Source: Ignavibacteriota bacterium (GTDB lineage: Bacteria; Bacteroidota; Ignavibacteria; UBA10030). Taken from it: a DNA stretch of 64,000 nt. The notes beneath the pieces are model-generated. The model was not told where the DNA came from. It saw nothing but the letters and a program-made list of their open reading frames with translations, and ran no database searches. Shown one piece after another: positions 54,215-62,942 of this stretch. The first letter of the stretch is position 1. Every line of letters begins with the position of its first letter. The stretch is taken from positions 96,001 through 160,000 of the forward strand of contig CAVSHO010000010.1 of the NCBI GenBank assembly GCA_963727825.1, read 5' to 3'. The translations under genes were made by a program, and so were the position numbers.

Positions 54215-54586
54215 TTATGTTAAATTGTTCACGATTTCTTTATAAATGCGTTGCGCTTTTTCTAATTCAGCAGGTGGTAAATCTTGTCTCTTTTTGATAT
54301 ATCCATGTGTCAGGACAATCGTTCGTTTTAATGAACGTGGAAGATAAAAACAAAGAATTCTAACCTGAAATGATTTAAACGCATAAATCGGTTTCTCTTC
54401 AAATCGAAATTTTTCTTTGTTTCTGATTTCTCCGCTCCGCGCAAATTCTTCAAGCAAACGAAGCGTTTTCTTACGATCAGAGAGTATAAGCCCCTCAAGA
54501 AAGTCTACAGCAAGTGCCTCACCTCGCGGGTTAATATATGCATAGATGTCAGCGTTTTGACCTGGGATGTATAATTCAATCGCCAC
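54215..54586 (-). CDS. RelE/HigB-family toxin (Gp49-like)
   Basis: IYAFKS.QVRILCF...IVLTHGYIKK.Q..PPAELEKA pattern; toxin-first gene order. Confidence 0.82.
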   Translation of the reverse strand: MAIELYIPGQNADIYAYINPRGEALAVDFLEGLILSDRKKTLRLLEEFARSGEIRNKEKFRFEEKPIYAFKSFQVRILCFYLPRSLKRTIVLTHGYIKKRQDLPPAELEKAQRIYKEIVNNLT

Positions 54587-54590
54587 TATG

Positions 54591-54619
54591 AATTTAACCT
54601 ATAAGTTAAACGATGTCAA
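54591..54619 (-). promoter_or_regulatory. sigma70 promoter with internal palindromic operator for the TAC operon
   Basis: TTGACA-17 nt-TAAATT ending 4 nt before the GTG start; palindrome TTTAAC-ttatag-GTTAAA at 54593-54610. Confidence 0.72.
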
Positions 54620-54740
54620 GTACTTTTTCGTTCCAGAACTGCCCATCTTTATTACCCTAAGCTGTATGTGATTTGCACTCACGAACTCCTTTTAACAGCC
54701 AACAATTGTTTTGGTCGGGAGAATATCTCCCTCCCAGCTT

Positions 54741-54759
54741 TGGTGAGCCTGTCAAACCA
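54741..54759. repeat. single REP-like palindrome
   Basis: tggtgagcctgtcaaacca just after the R-M gene stop; resembles the 8911-9029 palindromes in style. Confidence 0.4.
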
Positions 54760-54769
54760 CCTCCAATTT

Positions 54770-57700
54770 TTATCTCTTCTCCATCTCCCGCACAATCTTC
54801 ATCGTCTTAACGCTTACCGTGCAGACTTTTTTCAGCAACTCTATCACTTCTTTTTTGTAATCAGAAAATTTGTAGGAGTTAAACTTCTCAGCAATTGTCG
54901 GATCGCTAGGCGTGCTTTCTTTGTATTGATCCAAAACCCATTCCAGTGCGCTGCGGTTACCGAGTTTGTATTCCCACGCTTCTTTTGGGACGCCTGTCAA
55001 TGTCGTTTCATCGTCAATTATAATTGCGCCATTTTCTTTATCGGCTTTGAGTTTGGGTTTCAGCGAAACCTTCCGAAGGTCTCTACGATTCGCTGTGATC
55101 TTCGGAAGGTTAAACGGTTTTGCCTTCTCATAATTCACATGCAAATCCATCAATTGCTTGCCCCATTCTGCCCATTGCCAGAAATCGTCGTACAGCGGTA
55201 CACGCGGAAATTCGCGTTTGAGATTAATTTCATATTTCTTCCGGTAGGCAGGATTGTGCAGCACGGCATAGACATAATGGAAGATATCTTCTTTGGTAAT
55301 CGTCGTAACCTTGCGAAGGTTCTTAGCGGTTGCGCTTGTAACCTTCGCAAGGTTTTCTTCATACTTCTTTCTAAACTGCTCTAAACCCCAATCCGTTATA
55401 TTCTCCACGCGCGTGCCGTCGTTTGCAAAGCGATAAAGCGAAATACATTGTCCATTGGGTGTCAATTGAAGATGCGGAATATACTTTGTAGCTAATGTAT
55501 GAAATGGTTTTTCCATTCCAACGCCATTAAAACAAATGCAAATATTTTTCTTTTCAAAGTATTCTCCAAACATTTCAGTATGATTGGATGTCAATCGATC
55601 ATTCCAATATTTATCTGCATAATAGTACAAAACAGTATATGGGCGGAAATGTGATTTAACAATTAACTTCTTATCAAATTTTGGTTCTATTCTATTATCG
55701 AATTTCCTCTTTAAAGTTTCACTCCATTTAATTGTATCTGGATAGGATTTATTCCTTTTTTTGAGCAATTCAATAATTGTTCGGTTTTCATATAAAAATT
55801 TCTTTTTCAAATTCTCCGAAGAAACATCATATACCCATTCATCGCGATTTGAAACCGTTCCGGGTGATGAAACAGCGAAAATCGATTCATCTCCTACCGT
55901 TGCGATCATTTTATCCCAATCGTTGTCCGAAATATTAATCCAGTTGTTATTTTTATCCGGCTGGACGGTCTCAAATGTTATTTGCTTTAACGGATTGCTT
56001 GAAAGCCATCCAAGTTTTTCTTCCTTCCTCCAAAAATCATCCATTGAGGTATAACGGATAAGACACTTCGTATTATCGCGATTTTCTTTCCTCACTAAGA
56101 ACATCAACGCAACGCCCGTTTGAATACCAAAAACATTGTGTGTTGTTCCAGCAATTTTAGGATTCTGTCTTACATCGCTTTTCGTGTCGATGATGTAGGC
56201 ATAATCAAAATCGTTATAGACACACTTGCGAAATCCGTCAAATGTCCTGCTGTCGATAAACGAGCGATTGGTAATGAACGCAACGACACCATTTTCATCT
56301 AACCGATCAAATGCCCAGCGGTAAAATCGTGCATACATATCGTACAGTTTTGTTTTCTGAGCAGTGCTGTATTTGATAAACGTATCTTTAATCCGTTTAT
56401 CGATGACCGGGTACTCACGATTCTTATTATTCTCATTTTCATTTTGCTGGTTTGCATTATACGGCGGGTTGCCGATAATCACTGAGATTTTCTTTTTGTT
56501 CTGCCGTTTTATGCGCTCTACATTTTCCGCGCTTACGGCAAACAGCCCTTCCTGTTTGTGCCGGTATCCGAATCCCATATTATCCAGCGTATCTACAAAG
56601 CATAGATTTTGAAACTCGGCATACTGCTCCATCTTCTGTTTGTAGGTAAATTCGATGTTCAGGTTGGCAATGTAATAAGGGAGAATTGCCACCTCGTTGG
56701 CATGGAGTTCGTTTTTGTATTTGTATTCCAGCTTGTCGTTGCGTATGTGATCGATAATATCGCAGATGAACGTCCCCGTGCCGGTGGCGGGATCGAGAAT
56801 TTCTACGTCCTTGTCTTCCAAGAACTTGCCGAAGTGTTTGTGCAAAAGATGGTCAGTGCTTTCTACCATAAAGCGCACAATTTCGTTGGGTGTATAAACC
56901 ACGCCGAGCCGGTCGGCGGCTTTGGGATTATAGCTTTTGTAAAACGTTTCGTAAACAGCTTTGAGGAATTTCTGTTTCTCGTGGTGGTCGGCAATTCCCG
57001 CCGCCGCTGCGTTGATCGCCTGATAATAATGCTGAATGCGGTTGAGTGTTTTCTTGCGCACATCGGCAATAAAAAAAGTGTCCACTACTTTTTCCAACGC
57101 CTTTGCCACATTGTTTTCGCGGTGGAAGTACGGCTCATCGAACACGGTGTTGAAAATATCCGCGGTGAGAATATGCTGGATCATCATTTCGGTAATATCA
57201 CCGAGCGTAATCTGCGGGTTTATCGCCTCTTTGCATATCTCGAAGAACTCGTCGCGTGCTTCGACATAGAACTTGTTGTGCTTCTCGGCTTGCGCCATTA
57301 CATTCCGAAGCGTTTCAGTTACATTCGGCACATCTTCTTTAAAGAGTTCAATTGCCTTCCGGAAGGTTTCCACTTCCGGTCGCTGGTAGCTGACGAATTC
57401 TTTTAGAATTCTATCTAACGCATCGGCATCACTGAAAGAGGCACGATCAACTTCAATGCCGCTTTGAATCAGGACGGCGGTGTTGCTATCTTCAAAGAGA
57501 ATATTAACATCTGGATAACCTTTTTCAAATTTCTTTTGGATTTCTTCATCGATGTCATCGGCTTCGTCTTTACTTTCCCAATAACCCCAATCCTGACGCA
57601 AACTGTCCTTGAGCGTGCCGTCCGGTTTTACTTTTCTACCGAGCTTGCCTTTTACCCAAACTTGCGGAACCAGCATCAATTCTTTTTGCTGTGCGTAGTC

Positions 57701-57817
57701 GTTGAGCAGTGTATAGAATGCCTGACTGACGGTAGATTCCATTTTTGTGCCGCCGCGCTGCTTGAGTTTTTCTACTTCCTGATAATAGTGTTGTATGCTG
57801 TTTGTCGTCATAAACAA
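54770..57817 (-). CDS. single-chain restriction-modification enzyme (type IIG / helicase-less type ISP-like): nuclease, N6-adenine MTase, specificity domain
   Basis: PD...ESK nuclease-like N-terminus, LGVVYTP, ILDPATGTGTF (motif I), GNPPY (motif IV), C-terminal DIFHYVYAVLH..YR..Y..NLKREFPRVP and YKLGNRSALEWV. Confidence 0.88.
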   Translation of the reverse strand: MFMTTNSIQHYYQEVEKLKQRGGTKMESTVSQAFYTLLNDYAQQKELMLVPQVWVKGKLGRKVKPDGTLKDSLRQDWGYWESKDEADDIDEEIQKKFEKGYPDVNILFEDSNTAVLIQSGIEVDRASFSDADALDRILKEFVSYQRPEVETFRKAIELFKEDVPNVTETLRNVMAQAEKHNKFYVEARDEFFEICKEAINPQITLGDITEMMIQHILTADIFNTVFDEPYFHRENNVAKALEKVVDTFFIADVRKKTLNRIQHYYQAINAAAAGIADHHEKQKFLKAVYETFYKSYNPKAADRLGVVYTPNEIVRFMVESTDHLLHKHFGKFLEDKDVEILDPATGTGTFICDIIDHIRNDKLEYKYKNELHANEVAILPYYIANLNIEFTYKQKMEQYAEFQNLCFVDTLDNMGFGYRHKQEGLFAVSAENVERIKRQNKKKISVIIGNPPYNANQQNENENNKNREYPVIDKRIKDTFIKYSTAQKTKLYDMYARFYRWAFDRLDENGVVAFITNRSFIDSRTFDGFRKCVYNDFDYAYIIDTKSDVRQNPKIAGTTHNVFGIQTGVALMFLVRKENRDNTKCLIRYTSMDDFWRKEEKLGWLSSNPLKQITFETVQPDKNNNWINISDNDWDKMIATVGDESIFAVSSPGTVSNRDEWVYDVSSENLKKKFLYENRTIIELLKKRNKSYPDTIKWSETLKRKFDNRIEPKFDKKLIVKSHFRPYTVLYYYADKYWNDRLTSNHTEMFGEYFEKKNICICFNGVGMEKPFHTLATKYIPHLQLTPNGQCISLYRFANDGTRVENITDWGLEQFRKKYEENLAKVTSATAKNLRKVTTITKEDIFHYVYAVLHNPAYRKKYEINLKREFPRVPLYDDFWQWAEWGKQLMDLHVNYEKAKPFNLPKITANRRDLRKVSLKPKLKADKENGAIIIDDETTLTGVPKEAWEYKLGNRSALEWVLDQYKESTPSDPTIAEKFNSYKFSDYKKEVIELLKKVCTVSVKTMKIVREMEKR
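55067..55111. repeat. 45-bp in-frame palindrome inside the R-M gene
   Basis: aaccttccgaaggtc-N15-gatcttcggaaggtt (14/15 inverted match). Confidence 0.85.
55307..55354. repeat. 48-bp in-frame palindrome inside the R-M gene
   Basis: aaccttgcgaaggtt-N18-aaccttcgcaaggtt (15/15 inverted match). Confidence 0.88.
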
Positions 57818-57900
57818 CTATCGCTTAGTAATTTTGTTGGAGTGCTTGTCACCGTTAATCTACCGAACCCTTAGCTTTTATGCAATGTTGTCTCCTTAAT

Positions 57901-57938
57901 AAAACAAAAACCCCAATGCTCTATTAAACACTGGGGAT
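57901..57938 (-). terminator. probable intrinsic terminator after the PUR-like gene
   Basis: Minus strand CCCCAGTG...CATTGGGG followed by TTTTTGTTTT. Confidence 0.6.
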
Positions 57939-57987
57939 TAGGGATACTAACGCGCTATTGGGGAGACCGGTGCAAGATCACTTTTCA

Positions 57988-58422
57988 CTACTTCAGATGC
58001 CCGACTGCCTCTTCCACTGCTCCAACAAAATCATTTGCAGCATTGTTGAACACAGCAATACTTCGCCTTGATAATTTGTTCGGGTCTTCTTTTGACGGCT
58101 GGCTTTCGCTAATTGAGAAATAGCGCGATTTGTTCTTTGCTTCTTTCACATCTACGTAATATGTGATCTTCCCTGACTTCATTTTCCTCGTGAACTCACC
58201 TTCACCATCAATTACTGTTTTCGCTTCTTTCAATGCACTGATGAATTCATCTGCCACGCTGCCAAAGACGGTTACGCTGCGTTTCGCAAATTGCTTTTCT
58301 CCTTCCTTCGGCGGCTGGCTTGCTGTAACAGTGAGATATTTCTTGTTGTTCTTCGCCTCTTTCACATCCATGAAATAGGTGGTAGAGCCCGCTTTGAGCG
58401 TTTTGCTGAATAGTGCATCCAT
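57988..58422 (-). CDS. PUR-family (DUF3276-like) nucleic-acid-binding protein with two tandem repeats
   Basis: FSKTLKAG.TTYFMDVKEAKN..KYLTVTASQP and FTRKMKSG.ITYYVDVKEAKN..RYFSISESQP, each followed by a beta strand and helix. Confidence 0.8.
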   Translation of the reverse strand: MDALFSKTLKAGSTTYFMDVKEAKNNKKYLTVTASQPPKEGEKQFAKRSVTVFGSVADEFISALKEAKTVIDGEGEFTRKMKSGKITYYVDVKEAKNKSRYFSISESQPSKEDPNKLSRRSIAVFNNAANDFVGAVEEAVGHLK

Positions 58423-58640
58423 GACATTACTCCCTAATTGATATTATTGATTTGTGAATTAGTAAAACGTAGTTAAAAATAAATACAGCACGTTCAACTT
58501 AATTGACAGAACAAAAATGCCAATACTGAAATCATGAAAGATGAATGACCCAGAATATCCAATGAATCGTAGTAATAAGGGATAGCTTTAGTAGTATCAC
58601 CCCGAAAAAAACTACAGTTTTTAAAGAGAAATGTCAAGAA

Positions 58641-58684
58641 TAAAAAACGCCCCTCAAACCTTGCGGCTGAGAGGCGCCTGTTTT
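58641..58684 (-). terminator. terminator after groEL
   Basis: Minus strand GCGCCTCTCA...TGAGGGGCG followed by TTTTTT. Confidence 0.65.
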
Positions 58685-58756
58685 AACATTGGTATGTTAT
58701 TTGTCAGAAGTTGAAATCAATCATACTTAATACTTTTGACTTCAAACTTTAACTTT

Positions 58757-60397
58757 TTAGTACATATCTCCGCCCATACCACCACCCGGAGGCATTGGAG
58801 GCATAGAATCCTTCTTCTCCGGTTTCTCTACTATGGTTGCTTCTGTTGTCAACAATAAGCCGGCAACACTGGACGCGTTTTCAATTGCAATACGGGCAAC
58901 CTTAGTCGGGTCGATAACACCGGACTTCACGAGGTTTTCGTACTTTTCTGTCTGCGCATTGAAACCGTAATCATCTTTGCCATTCTTTACTTCGTTCACA
59001 ACGACAGCGCCGTCATAACCGGCATTTGCGGCAATCTGGCGAAGCGGCTCTTCCAAAACACGGCGGATAATATTTACGCCCGTCTTCTGGTCAAGATTTT
59101 CCGTCTTTACTTCATCAAGCTTTTTCACACAACGAAGGAATGCAACGCCACCGCCTGGAATGATACCTTCCTCGACCGCTGCCCGTGTGGCATGAAGTGC
59201 GTCTTCTACACGCGCTTTCTTTTCCTTCATCTCTACTTCTGTTGATGCACCAATTTTAAGTACGGCAACACCTCCAGAAAGTTTTGCGAGGCGTTCCTGC
59301 AATTTTTCCTTGTCGTAATCGGATGTGGTCTTATCAATCTGCTGTTTGATTTCGTTGATGCGCTTTTTGATATCTTCCTTCTTGCCGGCACCTTGCACAA
59401 TCGTCGTATTGTCTTTATCGATTGTGACACGGTTGGCAGTTCCAAGATATGCAAGCGTCGCATTCTCAAGCTTATAGCCCTTTTCTTCGGAGATAACTTG
59501 ACCGCCGGTGAGGATAGCAATATCTTCCAGCATTGCTTTGCGACGATCGCCGAAGCCCGGAGCTTTCACTGCGCAAATGCGAAGTGTGCCTCGTAACTTG
59601 TTCACTACCAATGTAGCAAGCGCTTCGCCTTCCACCTCTTCCGAGATGATTAGCAGGCTTTTTCCGGCTTGAGCAATTTTTTCTAATATTGGCAGCAAAT
59701 CCTTCATGGCACTTATTTTCTTGTCATGAATTAGGATGTATGGATTTTCAAGAACGGTTTCCATTCTATCTGCATCGGTTACAAAATATGGCGACAGATA
59801 ACCGCGGTCGAACTGCATCCCTTCGACAACCTCTAAAGTTGTCTCAGTGCCTTTTGCTTCTTCAACTGTAATGACGCCATCTTTGCCAACTTTTGCCATA
59901 GCATTGGCAATCAATTCGCCAATAGCACTGTCATTGTTTGCAGAGATGGAACCAACTTGTGCAATCTTTTCTTTATCATCACCAACAGTCTTGCTGATTT
60001 CTTTGAGACCTTCGACGACTTTTTTCACAGCTAGATCGATTCCGCGTTTCAAATCCATCGGATTAGCGCCGGCAGTTACGTTCTTCAATCCTTCGCGCAC
60101 AATTGCTTGTGCAAGAATTGTTGCGGTCGTAGTGCCATCACCAGCAACATCGGATGTCTTTGAGGCGACTTCGCGAACCATCTGTGCGCCCATGTTTTCG
60201 ATAGGATCAGAAAGTTCGATTTCTTTCGCCACTGTCACACCATCTTTAGTAATTGTTGGTGCGCCAAATTTTTTATCTATTACAACGTTGCGCCCTTTGG
60301 GTCCAAGTGTCACCTTCACTGCATTTGCGAGTTGATCAACACCCTTCTTTAAAGCGGCACGCGCTTCAGTTTCATAATTAATTAATTTCGATGCCAT
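58757..60397 (-). CDS. groEL: chaperonin GroEL
   Basis: [22 protein letters not shown]-type tail; real start MASKLI with RBS AAGGAG. Confidence 0.98.
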   Translation of the reverse strand: MASKLINYETEARAALKKGVDQLANAVKVTLGPKGRNVVIDKKFGAPTITKDGVTVAKEIELSDPIENMGAQMVREVASKTSDVAGDGTTTATILAQAIVREGLKNVTAGANPMDLKRGIDLAVKKVVEGLKEISKTVGDDKEKIAQVGSISANNDSAIGELIANAMAKVGKDGVITVEEAKGTETTLEVVEGMQFDRGYLSPYFVTDADRMETVLENPYILIHDKKISAMKDLLPILEKIAQAGKSLLIISEEVEGEALATLVVNKLRGTLRICAVKAPGFGDRRKAMLEDIAILTGGQVISEEKGYKLENATLAYLGTANRVTIDKDNTTIVQGAGKKEDIKKRINEIKQQIDKTTSDYDKEKLQERLAKLSGGVAVLKIGASTEVEMKEKKARVEDALHATRAAVEEGIIPGGGVAFLRCVKKLDEVKTENLDQKTGVNIIRRVLEEPLRQIAANAGYDGAVVVNEVKNGKDDYGFNAQTEKYENLVKSGVIDPTKVARIAIENASSVAGLLLTTEATIVEKPEKKDSMPPMPPGGGMGGDMY

Positions 60398-60416
60398 ATT
60401 CTTTTTCTCCTTTTTC

Positions 60417-60707
60417 TTACTTTGGCATAATGGCAAAGATATCACTTTCGCGCATGAGCAAAAGTTCTTCACCTTCCATTGTGACTTCAGTTCCGGAATA
60501 CTTTCCGTACAGAACCTTATTGCCGACCTTCACTTCCATCGGGATAGTTTTTCCATCATCGGAAACTCTTCCTGGGCCAACAGCAATCACTTCGCCCCAT
60601 ACCGGCTTCTCTTTTGCCGTATCTGGTACGATAATACCGCCTTTTGTCATTTCTTCGGCTTTAGACGGTTTTACAACAACACGATCCGCCAATGGTTTGA
60701 GCATCAT
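60417..60707 (-). CDS. groES: co-chaperonin GroES
   Basis: [24 protein letters not shown]; RBS AGGAGGT before ATG 60707. Confidence 0.97.
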   Translation of the reverse strand: MMLKPLADRVVVKPSKAEEMTKGGIIVPDTAKEKPVWGEVIAVGPGRVSDDGKTIPMEVKVGNKVLYGKYSGTEVTMEGEELLLMRESDIFAIMPK

Positions 60708-60751
60708 AAAACGACCTCCTTTTGATTGTTTATTTGTACCTTTTAAATGAA

Positions 60752-60778
60752 TTAGCACTCTATATCTATGAGTGCTAA
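60752..60778. promoter_or_regulatory. CIRCE element (HrcA operator)
   Basis: Perfect TTAGCACTC-N9-GAGTGCTAA upstream of groES. Confidence 0.97.
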
Positions 60779-60820
60779 TATAACGTTCTTTGGCGTTAAA
60801 GTCAAGGTGAAAAATAAGAA

Positions 60821-61375
60821 TTACAGATTTGCCTTAATACGGTGGAAGAAATGACCAGCAATTCTATCAATAATCACAAGTAAGACAATTGCTAGTAACG
60901 CAAAGGTGATGGTTTGTGAATGTGATACATCTACGTTTTGAGGATGAATTTTCGGCGTTAAATAGCCACTAAGTTGCTGACTACCTATTTGGATAATTTT
61001 AACAAATTCAATAACCGGTTCAATCTTTGTAGGACTATTGTTTTTAAAAGCATGAGCATCTGTGAATGAAAATGCATACCAGAAAAAAGCAAGAGCTAAT
61101 GCCATTGCAATAACATTGCCCATATTATTAAGAATCCATTCATACCATTTTTTCTTTTTTGAAGGTATAACATCATTGAGAACGTTCTGTGTAAAATTAA
61201 TCGAGGGCTTGACGAGCTGTATTTTTTGCGATATTCTTACGATTGATTTCTGCAGCTCGACTTCTTTTTGACAAGTCTGGCAAGATTTTAAATGAATCAA
61301 ATATAATTCTATTTCGCTTTGTGGTATATCACCATCAGCTATTCTACAGATAACGTCAAAAGAAAGGTGGTTCAT
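60821..61375 (-). CDS. putative zinc-finger (ZAS-type) membrane anti-sigma factor
   Basis: N-terminal H...HLKSCQTC (HxxxCxxC), two TM segments, directly downstream of the ECF sigma gene. Confidence 0.78.
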   Translation of the reverse strand: MNHLSFDVICRIADGDIPQSEIELYLIHLKSCQTCQKEVELQKSIVRISQKIQLVKPSINFTQNVLNDVIPSKKKKWYEWILNNMGNVIAMALALAFFWYAFSFTDAHAFKNNSPTKIEPVIEFVKIIQIGSQQLSGYLTPKIHPQNVDVSHSQTITFALLAIVLLVIIDRIAGHFFHRIKANL

Positions 61376-61390
61376 TTTTTAATATCCTTC

Positions 61391-61975
61391 TTATTCATTT
61401 ATTACAAGAGAATGATCCATTCTCTTTACTATTGCCTCTCGCAGCATTGCCCGTGCCCGAAAGAGCCTTGCCTTGACTGTACCCAGCGGTAATCCGGTTA
61501 CTTGAACGATTTCTTCATAACTCATTTCTTGAATAGTAAATAATGTAAATGTACTTCCATAAACAACTGGTAATTTTTTTACTTCCTCGCAGACAATTTT
61601 CGTAAATTCGTCGGATTCCATTCTCAAGTCGGGTTGCAATTCATCCGACTCGATCTCCATTTGCGGTCTATCTTCACCCACTATATCAAGTGAAATATGA
61701 TATTTTCCGCTCCTTTTTTTAACTGCTGTTGCGCATGTATTGTAAACTATTCGATAGAACCACGTTGAGAAATTTGATCTCCATTCGAATGAAGATAATG
61801 CACGATATACACGCACAAAAGCATCCTGTAATGCTTCTTCGGCCTCTTCACGGTTTTTTAGAATTCTGAATGCCAGAGTCATTGCTTTAGCTTTATGCTT
61901 ATCAACAAGAATTCCGAAGGATCGCACATCGCCATCCAGGACACGTTGGATTATCTCTTTATCCGTATCACTCAT
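61391..61975 (-). CDS. ECF RNA polymerase sigma factor (SigW/RpoE-like)
   Basis: EAEEALQDAF, FSTWFYRIVYN and MSYEEI....LPLGTVKARLFRAR motifs. Confidence 0.94.
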   Translation of the reverse strand: MSDTDKEIIQRVLDGDVRSFGILVDKHKAKAMTLAFRILKNREEAEEALQDAFVRVYRALSSFEWRSNFSTWFYRIVYNTCATAVKKRSGKYHISLDIVGEDRPQMEIESDELQPDLRMESDEFTKIVCEEVKKLPVVYGSTFTLFTIQEMSYEEIVQVTGLPLGTVKARLFRARAMLREAIVKRMDHSLVINE

Positions 61976-62004
61976 CTGAATCTACCGGCATTCATAAGAA
62001 CTTA

Positions 62005-62068
62005 GACCCAATTTTTCGTATTTAGGTTTCAGAACTTTTCCTGAAACCTTTTCTTCAAACTTCAGGTC
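62005..62068. promoter_or_regulatory. two divergent ECF-type promoters, TGAAACC-N16-GGTC
   Basis: Minus strand: -35 at 62025-62031, -10 at 62005-62008. Plus strand: -35 at 62042-62048, -10 at 62065-62068. Confidence 0.75.
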
Positions 62069-62123
62069 AAAGTTACTAAAGCAGACAATCAACATCAATC
62101 ACAAATAACGCAGGAGAAAAACA

Positions 62124-62486
62124 ATGCAAGAAGATATTATTATTCCTATTGTTATCTTTGGAGGGGCGGCATTAGTGTTATGGACCTATTTTGATGGCCG
62201 TCATAAAGAACGAATGGCAATGATCGAAAAGGGAGTCAATCCTGCTGATTTCAAATCAGGCACTCCATTCCGGCTATGGCAAGGGAGTGTGCTCAGCAAT
62301 CTTAAATGGGGACTCCTATTTGTTTTTATTGGCATTGGATTACTCGTCGGTCAGCAACTTGAATATTACTTTGGATTTCATGAAGGATCGGCTATTTTTG
62401 GAAGTATGTTGATTACAGGCGGTCTTGCTTTAATCATCTTTTATTTCATTGCATCAAGGAAAATGAAAGAAAAGCAAGATGACTAA
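62124..62486 (+). CDS. small membrane protein (DUF6249-like)
   Basis: RHKERMAMIEKG, LKWGLL..G.G.GL, three TM segments; RBS AGGAG. Confidence 0.8.
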   Translation: MQEDIIIPIVIFGGAALVLWTYFDGRHKERMAMIEKGVNPADFKSGTPFRLWQGSVLSNLKWGLLFVFIGIGLLVGQQLEYYFGFHEGSAIFGSMLITGGLALIIFYFIASRKMKEKQDD

Positions 62487-62510
62487 GGATAATCTCGCTC
62501 ATTCTCAACG

Positions 62511-62550
62511 AAAGCCGTTCCCGATACTAATCGGGATCGGCTTTTATTTT
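62511..62550 (+). terminator. intrinsic terminator
   Basis: aaagccgttcccgat-acta-atcgggatcggcttt followed by tatttt. Confidence 0.8.
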
Positions 62551-62942
62551 GTACTCATTAATATTTTTGCTTCTCACGCAACACCTTGAAAGAAACAATC
62601 GTATAAATATTCATATTTCTGACAATACTATTCTTAACAATTCTTATAAAGAATATTCCGGCAATTATATTCTCATCCTGTGGGTTTAAGGATCATAATA
62701 CGCTATAGGATAAAATCGATTTGATAGATTCCAATCATTTACAAAAATCAATAAAACTATTGTATTCATTTATAACTGAATTAGGAATGAACAATAATTA
62801 TTTTGATCCAAAATAAGATAGACAAAATATACAACTAAGTTTAAGCTTACGATATGAAATTATTATTTAGTATGAGAAAGAAAATTTTGCATAGGCATTT
62901 CTGCCTGTTAGATTAAGATAAACAACAAGCATGGAGACAATA

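Noticed and set aside
54668-57874. Long + strand ORFs opposite the R-M gene (54668..55384, 56609..57406) and the many other short antisense ORFs in the track
   Set aside because: Shadow frames of well-supported genes with no motifs of their own.
60398-60758. Extended N-termini of GroEL and GroES in the ORF track
   Set aside because: Strong SD sequences sit before ATG 60397 and ATG 60707; the extensions overlap groES and the CIRCE.
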